From Octopus sinensis (Eukaryota): a stretch of DNA of 64,000 nucleotides. Under the pieces are notes generated by a model, which made no database searches, was not told where the DNA came from, and was given only the letters and a program-made list of their open reading frames with translations. Of this stretch, positions 51,705 to 64,000 are shown piece by piece. The DNA lies in contig NC_043014.1 in the NCBI RefSeq assembly GCF_006345805.1, forward strand, positions 41,044,001 through 41,108,000. Direction: 5' to 3'. Made by a program: the position numbers and the translations under genes. Position 1 is the stretch's first letter; every line of letters starts with the position of its first letter.

Positions 51705-52920
51705 TGTATGTATGTATGTAGGTATGTATGTATGTAGGTAGGTAGGTATATATATGTATGTACTAAACCAAATAACATTGCTTCCACTATCGTACGACAA
51801 ATACTCAATTTAAGAAAAAGAATTCCGATTATAAATCTGAAAAGAAGGGAATGATAGGTTGAACAAAAAAAAAAAGAAAATCTAAAGAAATTGAGTTTTC
51901 CTTAATTAAATAAAGAAATAGAAACTTCATTACTTTGCTCAAAATAAATAAATAATGATTGCAAATTATTATGTATGTAAACAAAAAGGGAAAGAAAAAT
52001 GTGAAGCAGAACATTGAAGAAGGAAAGAAAAGAATGAAAAAAAAGCAGGGAAACGAATCATACAACAATAACTTTCGAAACAATGAATTATATTAACGAG
52101 GGAAGCTTCTGCCTTCGTAAAGAAAACAGTCGTGACCGAAGGGTAAGAAACACCTGGTAGCTAATCGGAGGATCATAAAAAAGAAAAAAAGTACGAAAAC
52201 AAGAAGTAAAAATGGAGGAAGCGGAAAACGAAAGATGGGGGGGGGGGGAAATTCTATTCAGTAGATAGAGGCTAAAACAACAATAATAACAATAACTTTG
52301 GAATGAAAAAAAAAGAGGGTCATAAAATGATATATAAGATAGGAAACAAAATAACAAAAGAAAGTTATACGTTTTAAAATTAACAACAGTATTGAAAAGC
52401 TAGATTCATACATATACATGATAAAGAGAAAGTCATATATATATATTATATATATAATATATACATATATACATATATACATACATACATATACATACAT
52501 ATATATATATATATATTATATATATTATATATATATATATAATATATATATATATTATATACACACATACACATACATGCATACATACATAGAGATATGT
52601 ATATATGTATATGTGTATGCATATATCACGGGGTAGACGAAGCAGAGGCGGCTGAAGAAGGGGAATTTTCCTAGTGTTGTATGTCTTGTACTCTGTTTTT
52701 TCGTTGTTTAAAAAAATTGTCCGTTTCCATGGTTTTGTTTTTATGTTTTCGTTTCTCATTGTGTTCGACGTTTTTTTGGGGTATCCTGTACCCATATATG
52801 CATGTATATATACATATATATATAGGTACGTACATATATATATGTATATTTGCGTGTTTTATTTATTATTTTGCTATTGTATACGCATATATGTATCTGT
52901 ATCTTTCTATCACTCAACCA

Positions 52921-52997
<77 letters not shown>

Positions 52998-52998
52998 C

Positions 52999-53035
<37 letters not shown>

Positions 53036-53043
53036 AATCTATG

Positions 53044-53133
<90 letters not shown>

Positions 53134-53708
53134 TTATCTATCTATCGATCTATCTATCCATCCATCCATCTGTGTGTGTGTGTGTGTGTATGTGTGTATG
53201 TATTCATGTATATGAGGAAGAAAGAAAGAAAGAAATAAAGACAGGGAACGATAATAATGAAATTTTTATTCAATAATTTCCAAATAATTGCAAAGCATAA
53301 AGGAAAACGCAAAAGAAAACAAAAAACAAAAACACATTATAATCGGAATTCTTTAGGTAGTTAAGAGGAGGAGAGTAATAACAATGATGATTGTAACGGT
53401 AGCGATGATCTAAAAACATGAATTATAAGAATGGTTTAGTTATGACAAGAACAATTGATGGTGGATAAACGTTTTAAGGTCTGCAAAAACAAGCTTTAAA
53501 TAATTGAATACAGAAATAAAAGACAACTTTCACGTTATATATTCATGTCTTTATAGTATAACATGATTCACATTTACGAGAGCTTTTAATACTGGTGAAT
53601 GAATGAATAAATGCATAGATTACTATATTTTCACTAGATTTTTTCAATGGACAGCGGGCTCAAAGATGTGTCACTGAGCTCAAGAGGTGTAACTCATAAT
53701 ATCGACTC

Positions 53709-53810
53709 GATGGATGAATGGATAGATTGATAGATGGATAGCTAGATAGATGGATAGATGGATAGAAAGATTGATTGATAGATAGAGAGAGAGAGGGGGG
53801 AGGCAGACAC

Positions 53811-53869
<59 letters not shown>

Positions 53870-53920
53870 TATGATAGATTATTAGATTATACCCTTCTAT
53901 ATATGACAAATATATTTAGT
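53709..53920 (-). repeat. Inverted paralog of 46947-47153 + 48589-48640 (empty Tx1 site)
   Basis: ACTAAATATATTTGTCATATATAGAAGGGTATAATCTAATAATCTA is exact in both; the compound microsatellite pattern is collinear. Confidence 0.9.
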
Positions 53921-54397
53921 ACATTCAGTCGAACTACCATCATATGAAATTCAAGGGCAGCGGACTCACTGTCGTAGGATCGCGGTTTCGATTCCTAGAC
54001 CGGACGTTGTAAGTGTTTATTGAGTGAAAACAACTAAAGATCAACGAGGCTCCAGCAGGGATGGGGGCGAACCCTGTTGTACTCTTTCCCCACAACTTTC
54101 TCTCTCTCTTTCTTCCTGCTTCTGTTGTACCTGTATTTCAAAGGAGAGAGAGAACATCAGCAATATTAAGTTTGGTAAGAAAGGATTGAGTAAAGTATTA
54201 AATTAATTGTCTGAAAAGTGATAGTAATTGCGTATCAGGAATTAAGTCTAGTGCTGGGTGGGTGCGTGTGCGAATGTCAATATCTTTTGTGGTAGGGTAA
54301 CTTCTGAAGCTGCCGTCTTCATCCATCGTGTCAATAGGGTAAAGTCAAACTGGCAGAACTCATCGCTGAAGATAAGATTTGAACTTAGCAGTGGTGG

Positions 54398-54778
54398 AAG
54401 CACTCCGTCGGTAACGACGATGATTTTCCGGTTGATCCGATCAACGGAACAGCCTGCTCGTGAAATTAACGTGTAAGTGGCTGAGCACTCCACATACACG
54501 TGTACCCTTAACGTAGTTCTCGGGGATATTCAGCGTGACACAGAGAGTGACAGGGCCGGCCCTTTGAAATACAGGTACATCAGATACAGGAAGTAAGAGT
54601 GAGAGAAAGTTGTGGTGAAAGAGTACAGCAGGGATCACCACCATCCCTGCCGGAGCCTCGTGGAGCTTTAGGTGTTTTCGCTCAATAAACACTCACAACG
54701 CCCGGTCTGGGAATCGAAACCGCGATCCTATGACCGCGAGTCCGCTGCCCTAACCACTAGGCCATTGCGCCTCCACAA
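54398..54778 (-). mobile_element. SINE family C, near full length
   Basis: Minus-strand head TGTGGAGGCGCAATGGCCTAGTGGTTAGGGCAGCGGACTCGCGG, B-box GGTTTCGATTCCC. Confidence 0.88.
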
Positions 54779-55003
54779 ACTTAGCAGTACAAGCTAACGA
54801 AACAGCCAATAATACTGTGGTGTACTATCTTACTGTGGTGTATTAAACCATCTTCTCAAAAAGCTTGCTCGACTTGTTGAAATCAGACGCCGAGTCTCAC
54901 TGAAATCACACTCTACCGTCTTAAAAAGGAATGACGTATAAAATCATATAAACCTAGAGACGTACGTCTAAAAAATACGGGATGGCCTCTGCTAGAGAGA
55001 TAT

Positions 55004-55258
55004 TGGTTTCAAATTTTGTCACAAGGTCATAAATTTAGGGGAGGGAGTAATTTGATTACATCAGTCCCAGTGTTCAGCTGGTACTTAATTTATCGACCTC
55101 GAAAGGATGAAAGGCAAAGTCGACTTCAGCGGAATTTGGACTCAGAACGTAGAGGCAGACGAAATAACGCTAAGAATTTCATCCGGTGTGCTAATGACGG
55201 ACGAAATGCCGCTAAGCATATACCGGCGTGCTAACGATTCTGCCAGCTCGCTGCCTTG
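55004..55258 (-). mobile_element. SINE family B (ancestral tail) with TSD
   Basis: GCTAGAGAGATAT at 54991-55003 and 55261-55273. Confidence 0.88.
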
Positions 55259-55740
55259 CTGCTAGAGAGATATCTAGAGAGATATTGACAAAGGAATAGT
55301 AGCTTGGCCATAGTTGATCTGCAGATAAGCAACACGTTTACATGTAGCCAGTTCAGTCCTAAGCAGCTTAGCCATGAATACATTGCTGTGTCAGGTAGTG
55401 GTAGGATAGGAAATGGGATCTTTCGATAGCTGCCTACCAATTTATTGACTCAATTGGCAGTGGTTCTTCATGAAAAAGTCCTAAAAAGGGCCCGGGAATA
55501 CTTTGAGGTTCGAAACTAAATCATCGCTCAAACGAACCACAATCTATTGTTATTCTATTCTATTCTATTCTCAGAATAATATACGGTAAAGTGATAGTTT
55601 TTGATAAAATAGAATGCTAATACAAAATAAAAAGAATAATATTGATTTTGACATTTATGTATCACAATTTTATTTCATTCACGCACATAAAGCGAGGCTT
55701 TAAAAAAATCTAAAAATTATAATAAAACGTGCAATATATT

Positions 55741-55790
<50 letters not shown>

Positions 55791-55856
55791 CATACATACT
55801 TAGTACATACATACATACATATCATACACACACACATATATATATACAAATAATTG

Positions 55857-55891
<35 letters not shown>

Positions 55892-55960
55892 TATATATAT
55901 ATATGTATCACACACACACACACACACCACACCACAGACACACACACACACACACACACA

Positions 55961-56021
<61 letters not shown>

Positions 56022-57664
56022 CACACCGGTTTGATTTTATCACCTTTCTCTGTTCTGGCGTATGTTTTTTCTTTGGAAATAGGTTGCTTCGTTGTTGAAA
56101 TGTGTGTTCGTTTGTTTTACTTTTTTTTAGTTCAAATAATGACATAAGGGATTTTTCAAAGTTAATCATCATGAAGGTTATGTTTGGAGGGGAAGCAGAG
56201 AAGTTTCCTATGTAAAGCTGTCAGCTTTATGTCTCATTTGTCGGAAGCATATGCGTTTATTGGCTGCCATGTTTTATAGTTGTTGCATTCAAATTACTCA
56301 CCTTTTTTTATATTAAAAGTTTTTACATAATTTCTATAATGGTTACTGCTTTATTGTTGAGCGAAAGATATCTGTTAATATATATCATATTTATAATTCC
56401 CCGTTATAAAGGCAGCATTTACAGTTTTCTTCATGCGCATAACACACGTATATATCTATATGATTTTTTTTCTTCCAAATTGCAACTAATTTATAGTTAA
56501 TCCGTGTAATATCTTCTGCTTTTCTCATTCACAGTTTTCAAATGTCGTCTGTTTATTGCGCTTAATTTTTTCAGAAAACTTTTTATTCATCTCATTGACT
56601 ATTCTTTATATACATATTTTTTTAATTCTGACATATAGCTTCTAAGTAAATTCCGTTTATGTCAAGACTTGTTACTTATAATTTTCTATGAAAATTATCG
56701 TTATTTATTCAAGATTATAAAAGAAATTGCTTTTATGACGCTATTCTCTGAAAAACGACAAAACCACAGCATATTGGTTATTTAAAAAACTTTTTATTTT
56801 TACTTATGTACAACTTTGCAGTGAATTCCAATTCTGTTCGTATAGCATCTCAATACCTTACATTTTAAATGATTTAAAGTCGTTAACGTAATTTGCTTTC
56901 GTAAGTGAATAAACAACAGGCTACTCGCACCATGTACAGAGCGCCAACTACAAGTTTCAAATAACTTGATATAGGTTTTAGGAAAATTTCCAGGAGTAAC
57001 GTGTGCATGAGAACATATAGATAAGTGCAGGATAACATAAGTAATAAGATGAGTTAAATTTTTATTTAATTGAAATGACGTTTATATTGGGGAAAATGAA
57101 TAGCGTCAATGACAATTATTGTCAAGAAAGACAGGGGGAAGAACTTCGAAATTAAAATTGATTAAAAATGAAGATATACATTGGGGAATGGATCTGATTT
57201 TTGGTAGTTAGAGCCACTAGTCTTGATATTTTTGACGTAGTATGATCAATGTTTAACACGTTATTATTGGTTTTGTAGGCTGTGAAAAAATAAAATGGGA
57301 ATTGTAATTTTCAAATGATTCCAAAGAAGCAAATGGACTGGACGCGAGTGATGAAATGTTGTATCTGTAACTGACAGATACTTTAAGAAAAAAGCAAGTT
57401 TAATCTCGAACAGGCAAGTATTTTGATAATCAAGTTAGTGTTAGCATAAATATTTTAGGGAGCAATAATAAACTTATTAGAAATACTAATGCGGTTTTAA
57501 TATGAGATTTATTGGGAGAGAAGAGGGCGGGGGGAGGGATGAAGGGAGGGAGGGAGGGAGGGAGAGAGAGAGAGGCAAAGAGAAAGAGAAAGACAGAGAA
57601 TCCGACAAAATGAACGCAAGAACCACTACATAATTCGCAATTCTGTTGAATATATATATATATA

Positions 57665-58203
<539 letters not shown>

Positions 58204-58324
58204 TACATAAAAGCAATTAGATTCAGTCAATTCTAATGAATTTACTTGAATGCGGTACTTAACTTAGATGCACCAGAAAACTATATGGTGTTAACCATAC
58301 AGTAATTTGGGGTGATTATAAACA

Positions 58325-58527
58325 AGAAAGAAGCAACAAGAATGGATTAGTTTTTAGTACAATTGTTTCATACAAAGACAGGCTTTATTAAAAGTTGCAA
58401 AAATTGCAGCAGATAAAAGTGTCCCGTACGGGACACTTTTATCTGCTGCAATTTTTGCAACTTTTAATAAGCCTGTCTTTGTATGAAACAATTGACTAAA
58501 ACTAATCCATTCTTGTTGCTTCTTTCT
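58325..58527. repeat. ~200-bp loop-less palindrome between (TA)n tracts
   Basis: Centred on GTGTCCCGT|ACGGGACAC (58427/8); arms about 100 bp with two 1-nt indels. Confidence 0.95.
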
Positions 58528-58535
58528 CGTATATA

Positions 58536-58582
<47 letters not shown>

Positions 58583-59366
58583 TGTGTGTGTATATATATA
58601 TGTGTATACGATTTTACTCTTATTTCTCTTCTTATACATTCTCCCTAAGAATATTGTACTATACCTACTAATAACTGATTCTGTTGTATGTGTGTACATG
58701 CGTATGTGTGTATATATATATGTGAGTGTGTATATCTATATTTATATATATATACATAAATTAGCCCTCTGAACGTTTTAGATCCTCTTCTAAAGTTTCT
58801 GGTGAAGCCTAGGGGCACACCCAAGTACCCTAATTTTATCTACCGTTCACTACAGTCAGTCACCGGCTGACACTCGCTGACGATACATCGAAGAGGCCAG
58901 GGAACAGAAAAAAAGAAGTAGAAAGAAGACATGCACCCAACACCAGAGCTGAAGACACCTCCGAAAGAGGGGGCCCCGCCACGTCAAAACGGTAGAGTAG
59001 TAGGGGCCGAAACCGGACGTGGTTTCTCCTGATGATGTCTTGAGCTAACTGGATCCTATAGAGGAGATGTTGTGGTAGTAGACCACGAAACACGGTTGTA
59101 ATTCCTCCACTGAAAAGATGGAAATAAGATGTGGGATACTGTAAGAAACTGTTCTTCTTTCTCTATTCTAGAAATGACTGGTACCTATATATGTAAAACA
59201 CCAATAGTAATAATCATTATAAAGATTTTTACTGATTGAGAAAATAAATATGACTGAACAACTGGATGTGGGATATATTAAAAAGGATTATATAAAGAGA
59301 AGCATTTACGGCAAATAATATTTTACAGAAAAAAATAAATTCCGTACATGAACTTAAGATTGTGAA

Positions 59367-59780
59367 CCCTTTTACCCTTTTACCCTTTTACTTATTTCAG
59401 TCATTTGACTGCGGCCATGCTGGAGTCACCGCCTTTAGTCGAGCAACTCGACCCCGGGACTTATTCTTTGTAAGCCCAGTATTATTCATCGGTCTCTTTT
59501 GCCGAACGCGCTAAGTGACGGGGACATAAACACACCAGCATCGGTTGTCAAGCAATGCTAGGGGGACAAACACAGACACACAAAACACACACACATACAT
59601 AATATATACAGACATATTACGACGGGCTTCTTTTAGTTCCGTCTTCCAAATCCACTCACAGGCTTTGGTCGGCCCGAGGCTATAGTAGAAGACATTTGCC
59701 CAAGGTGCCCTGCAGTGGGACTGAACCCGGAACCATGTGGCTGGTAAAGAAGCTACTTACCACACAGCCACTCGTGCGCC
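59367..59780 (-). mobile_element. SINE family A, full length
   Basis: Head, CORE-like domain and tail ending (TAAAAGGG)n. Confidence 0.9.
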
Positions 59781-60990
59781 TATATTAAGATTATTTAAAG
59801 CAGGAATCATCATTGCAAGAATCGTAGACAAAAATGGGCGCCGCAGTATAGTGCAAAGTTTTCGAGGTATTCAATTCCTGTAAAAGTACATTACTAACTT
59901 TCCTTCTGCAATTTACAGCCGTTGTCAATGATTAGGAGTGATAGATTCTTCTAGATTTACTTGCTCATAATACACCGTACATGATAATGAGGCATTCAGT
60001 GGCAACCAAACATCTAATTAGTCTCAGTGAACATTTAATAAACAGTAGTTATAACAACTAGATATCAGTGACTCAGTGATGCAGATGTCAATTTATCTAA
60101 AACCCTCCATATAATTTTAGCTAAGTTAAACATTATGAAACGTGCTTCGTTTTATCTATAAATTCGCATTAGTAAATAAGTGACATTTACTGTAAGTTCA
60201 GATTTCATATTATTTCAGCATAAACTCTGTTTCAGAATAATAAAGAAAAAAAGTAACAAACTAAAAGATTTATAAAATATATACCTCGTTTAAGTGGCTA
60301 AAGTTTATATAAACTGTAGAGTATACAAACGTGTTTTTAAACCAATATTTCATCAACTTAAATGGTAAGATAATGAGGTATTCTGCATCGTTCTTTGTAC
60401 TGTCATCTCAAATCCTGTAGATAAATACGCCACTTAGTCTTAAGAGGAGTGTTTTTCTTTTTTATAACAGATTCCATCCTCTGTGAAGTGATGATTCCAT
60501 TTAATACTGTTTATTACATATTAGTCGCAGTGAGAGAATCTTTCTGCACTCTCTGCCGCTAAAGTACGAAGACAAAACATGATATCAATACACCGTATAA
60601 TCAAGATTAAAATTGTTTATTTTGTAAATCGTAGCTAGTTTCTATTCATTATTTTGAAAGTAATGTAAGAACACGTTTAGGAATTAAGAGCCATGGAGAT
60701 TTTTGAGATAAGTTATTTGATAATTGATGATTATTTTATGTATATTTACGTTCCTCAGTCAATCCTTTGACATGATAACAGATAAGTCAATTAGTAACCG
60801 GTTATTTTACTTGGAACGAATGCACATATTTTTAGAGAAGGAAAATTGAGATTGAGGTATTTTTGGTATAACAAATGGCGTTAAGAATGTAAATTAATTT
60901 CTGTGGATTCAAATGTGAATCGAAGCGAAGCCGCTTTTAACTTAATGAAATCGTAATAGTCAGTAAATAAAAATTAATTTATTGGCCGTT

Positions 60991-61200
60991 CAAGGCGGCG
61001 AGCTTGCAGAATCGTTAGCACATCGGGCAGAATGCTTAGCGGCATTTTGTCCGTCATCATGTTCAGAGTTCAAATTCCGGCGAGGTCCACTTTGCCTTTT
61101 ACCCAGTTGAACATGAAGTAAGAAATCAGTTAAACACGGGTCGATGTAACCGACTTAACCGCTCCCCCAAAGTGCTGGCATTGTGCCAAAATTTGAAACC
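60991..61200 (+). mobile_element. SINE family B (ancestral tail)
   Basis: AAGGCGGCGAGCTTGCAGAA head to TGTGCCAAAATTTGAAACCAAT tail. Confidence 0.85.
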
Positions 61201-61411
61201 AATTAATTGGCTAATTATTTAATTTCCTATAAATTTGTTTTAAGTTTTTGCACAGTGTTGTTAGTTTCCACATATTCGACTCTTTTTCCTCCAATAAGCC
61301 AAGCTAGAATGTAAAAATTATTTCTCTTCAAGAACAGACAACTCAGTTTCTACTTTCCTTCTTATTTGCTGTATTTACTTAAAACACAAGTTTTGTGTGA
61401 ATACCCAGATT

Positions 61412-61450
<39 letters not shown>

Positions 61451-61467
61451 TATATATATATATATAT

Positions 61468-61589
61468 GCGTGGCACCTTGGGCAAGTGTCTTCTACTATA
61501 GGCCTCTGGCCGACCAAAGCCTTGTGAGTGAATTGGTAGACGGAAACTGAAAGAAGCCCGTCGTATATATGTATGTATATATATATATA

Positions 61590-61637
<48 letters not shown>

Positions 61638-61815
61638 ATATGTTGTGTATCTGTTTGTCCCCCACAACATCGCTTGACAACCGATGCTGGTGTGTTTAGG
61701 TTCCGTAACTTAGCGATTCGGAAAAACATACTGATATAATAAGTACTAGGCTTACAAAGAATAAGTTCTGGGGTAGATTTGATTCGCCTAAAGGCGGTGC
61801 TCCAGCATGGCCGCG
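61468..61815 (+). mobile_element. SINE family A, 5'-truncated
   Basis: Starts at GCGTGGCACCTTGGGCAAG directly after (TA)n. Confidence 0.85.
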
Positions 61816-62057
61816 AATAGAAAGAATACATTTATATAGATTTAGAATAGAATAAGATTTTTGAATGGCTTTAAGCAAAGTGCTAAATAACTAAGATAGT
61901 TGGAAACAAATTAAACTTACTGCATGCATATCATATTCAAAAGTCTTAATCAAATTCAGTCTCACTGCAGAATACCTAGGGCAACTGTCTTCTATTGCAG
62001 ATTTGTGAGTGGATTTGATTGACGGAAATTAAAAGAAGCCAACCGTATATATATATA

Positions 62058-62254
62058 CTCTTTTACTCTTTTACTTGTTTCAGTCATTTGACTATGGCCA
62101 GGCTGGAGCACCACCTTTAGTCGAGCAAATCGACCCCAGGACTTATTCTTTGTAAGCCCAGTATTTCTTCTATCGAACCGCTAAGTTACGGGGATGTAAA
62201 GACACCAGCATCGGCTGTCAAGCGATGTTGGGGGGATAAAGACAGACACAGAAA

Positions 62255-62286
<32 letters not shown>

Positions 62287-62485
62287 ACACACACACACAC
62301 ACACACACACAAATATATACACATATATACGACGGGCTTGTTTCAGTTTCCGTCTACCAAATCCACTCACAAGGCTTTGGTCGGTCCGAAGCTATAGTAT
62401 TAGACACTTGCTCAAAGTGGCATGCAGTGGGACTGAACCCGGAACCATGTAGTTCGTAAGCAAGCTACTTAACACACAGCCACGG

Positions 62486-62487
<2 letters not shown>
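62058..62487 (-). mobile_element. SINE family A nested in the (TA)n of an older + strand copy
   Basis: Full minus-strand copy. Host 5' half at ~61960-62057, host 3' half at ~63562-63790. Confidence 0.85.
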
Positions 62488-62519
<32 letters not shown>

Positions 62520-62523
<4 letters not shown>

Positions 62524-63561
62524 ACGAGGGAACCTCCGTCGAACGAAAGCTGTTACGGAATCCCTCACACAGGCCCGTTCGATCAGCGAATGTTCGCCAC
62601 AGAAACTCGGAGAGGAGAGAGAGAGAGAACAACAACAACAACAGCCGCAAGAAGAGACACAGAGGCAATCGAGAGAGACACAAACAAGGCAAGGCAATTG
62701 GCTCACATTTAACGTACTAGTTTACATGACTATTAATTGTTACAGCATCAAATACATATCAGTCGAATTAAACAACAACTCAATACATCATACAGGTATA
62801 CCACAGATCAAAGCATTTAAACATGCAGGTAACAACACATCAAATGCAATAACAACAGCATTTCAAGAGTACACGTCCGGAGACAACAGTTCTGTTTCAA
62901 ATCACATTAAAGTTACAGTTCAAAGGACATTAAAGGCCTAACAGTTCAATGTTCATTACACAGTTCTCTTTTGCCTTAACACAACTCTGTACACAATGTC
63001 TTTACACAGCTCACATTGTTCTTTTCACTGTCTCATTTCTTTTACAGTCTCTTTACATCGAGTCTTTTTCCTTCTTTTTCTTCACATATCAATACACAAT
63101 TCACGTACCTTAGTTCCTACTATAATAGCCAGTGTCTCAATATTGTACCTCATCTCTCTCAGCACTGCTAAATCCAACTTGCTAACCTGCTTGCCTTGAA
63201 TTCCAAATCCTGGCCGCTAAATCCAACTTGCCAACCGCTCGCCTTGACTTCCAAAAACCGACTGCCCCAAACCTCTTGCTCTGTCACTACCCTCAATCTC
63301 TCTCTTAGCTCTAATACTCTCTCTATCGCCGCTCAGATTCCTTAATCTGTCTTCCTCACTACTTTCTTCTTTCTCTTCTTCACTGTCTCTCACACACTGA
63401 ACTGCTTACTTAAGGGGGCAGCCCTCCAAATGAACCCTAATTCACCCGAAGGGGTTGGGGAGTCTCCCCAGAGCTAATTAATCAACCCGCATCTGGCAGA
63501 ACAATGGATTCATTGCCAAATGTAGGTCGCCGTCAACTGTCCTCAAATTGAACCCACAACA
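62520..63561. mobile_element. Probable solo LTR (~1.04 kb) inserted in (TA)n
   Basis: TGTTACG...CACAACA termini (TG...CA), (TA)n on both sides, no coding capacity, internal ~45-bp tandem duplication (GCTAAATCCAACTTG...CCTTGA.TTCCAAA). Confidence 0.7.
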
Positions 63562-64000
63562 ATATATATATGTATTATGTGTTGGTGTGAGTCCCCATCC
63601 CAATACTTGACAACCGGTGCTGGTGTGTTTACGCTCCCGTAACATAGCAGTTCGGCAAAAGAGATACATAGAATAAGTATCAAGCTTTTAAAAAATAACT
63701 ACGGAGCTCGATACATTCGACTAAAATTTCTTCGAGGCGGTACCCCAGCATGGCCTCAGTCTAATGACTGAAACAAGTAAAAGATAACAGATAAACAATA
63801 TTACAGATGGCAAAATAATAAAACATTTTCTTGCCTCTTCATCTTCAATATAAAGCAGGCTAAGGAGAAATAAAGTGGAAATAAAAAAGTTTTATTGAAA
63901 AGCCAAGGATTTCTTGCCTGTTGTCTGAATGTCTTGTCGTCAAATGGTAGAAGGATTTTCTTCTGGTTACGACGCTGTTTACTTTGGTTTCACTGAAAAT

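Noticed and set aside
58870-59040. Bestrophin-like GFG...VLTWRGPLFR...FFLLLFF...MYR in one minus frame
   Set aside because: In-frame stop upstream, extra residues relative to the family pattern and no other bestrophin exons; probably chance.

Overview
AT-rich, repeat-saturated eukaryotic genomic DNA that looks like octopus (coleoid cephalopod) sequence, inferred from the SINE families and the extreme (TA)n/(TCTA)n/(TAA)n microsatellite load. There is a 100-N gap at 3740-3839. No complete gene, rRNA, intact tRNA or CRISPR array is present. Most of the window is transposon debris: three to four tRNA-derived SINE families, remnants of CR1/L2, RTE, Tx1 and R4/Dong LINEs, a mariner remnant and MITEs, three non-autonomous Helitrons, a solo LTR, and several (TA)n-embedded foldback elements. 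Almost all long ORFs in the track are microsatellite artefacts. The best host-gene candidate is a minus-strand, phase-compatible exon pair at 24799-24610 and 24168-24050, encoding an unrecognised ~103-aa Cys-containing domain. A plus-strand exon pair at 11875-12106 is a weaker candidate. The most informative observations concern retroelement biology: (i) a SINE that appears to insert into itself at one internal site, building one-head/multi-body arrays; (ii) a SINE/LINE shared 3' tail that names the likely partner LINE; (iii) a Tx1 insertion whose empty site survives as an inverted paralog, revealing a 12-bp TSD; (iv) TAA-microsatellite-associated Dong/R4 copies; (v) long near-perfect palindromes in (TA)n. 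All calls were made by eye, so boundaries of decayed repeats are approximate.
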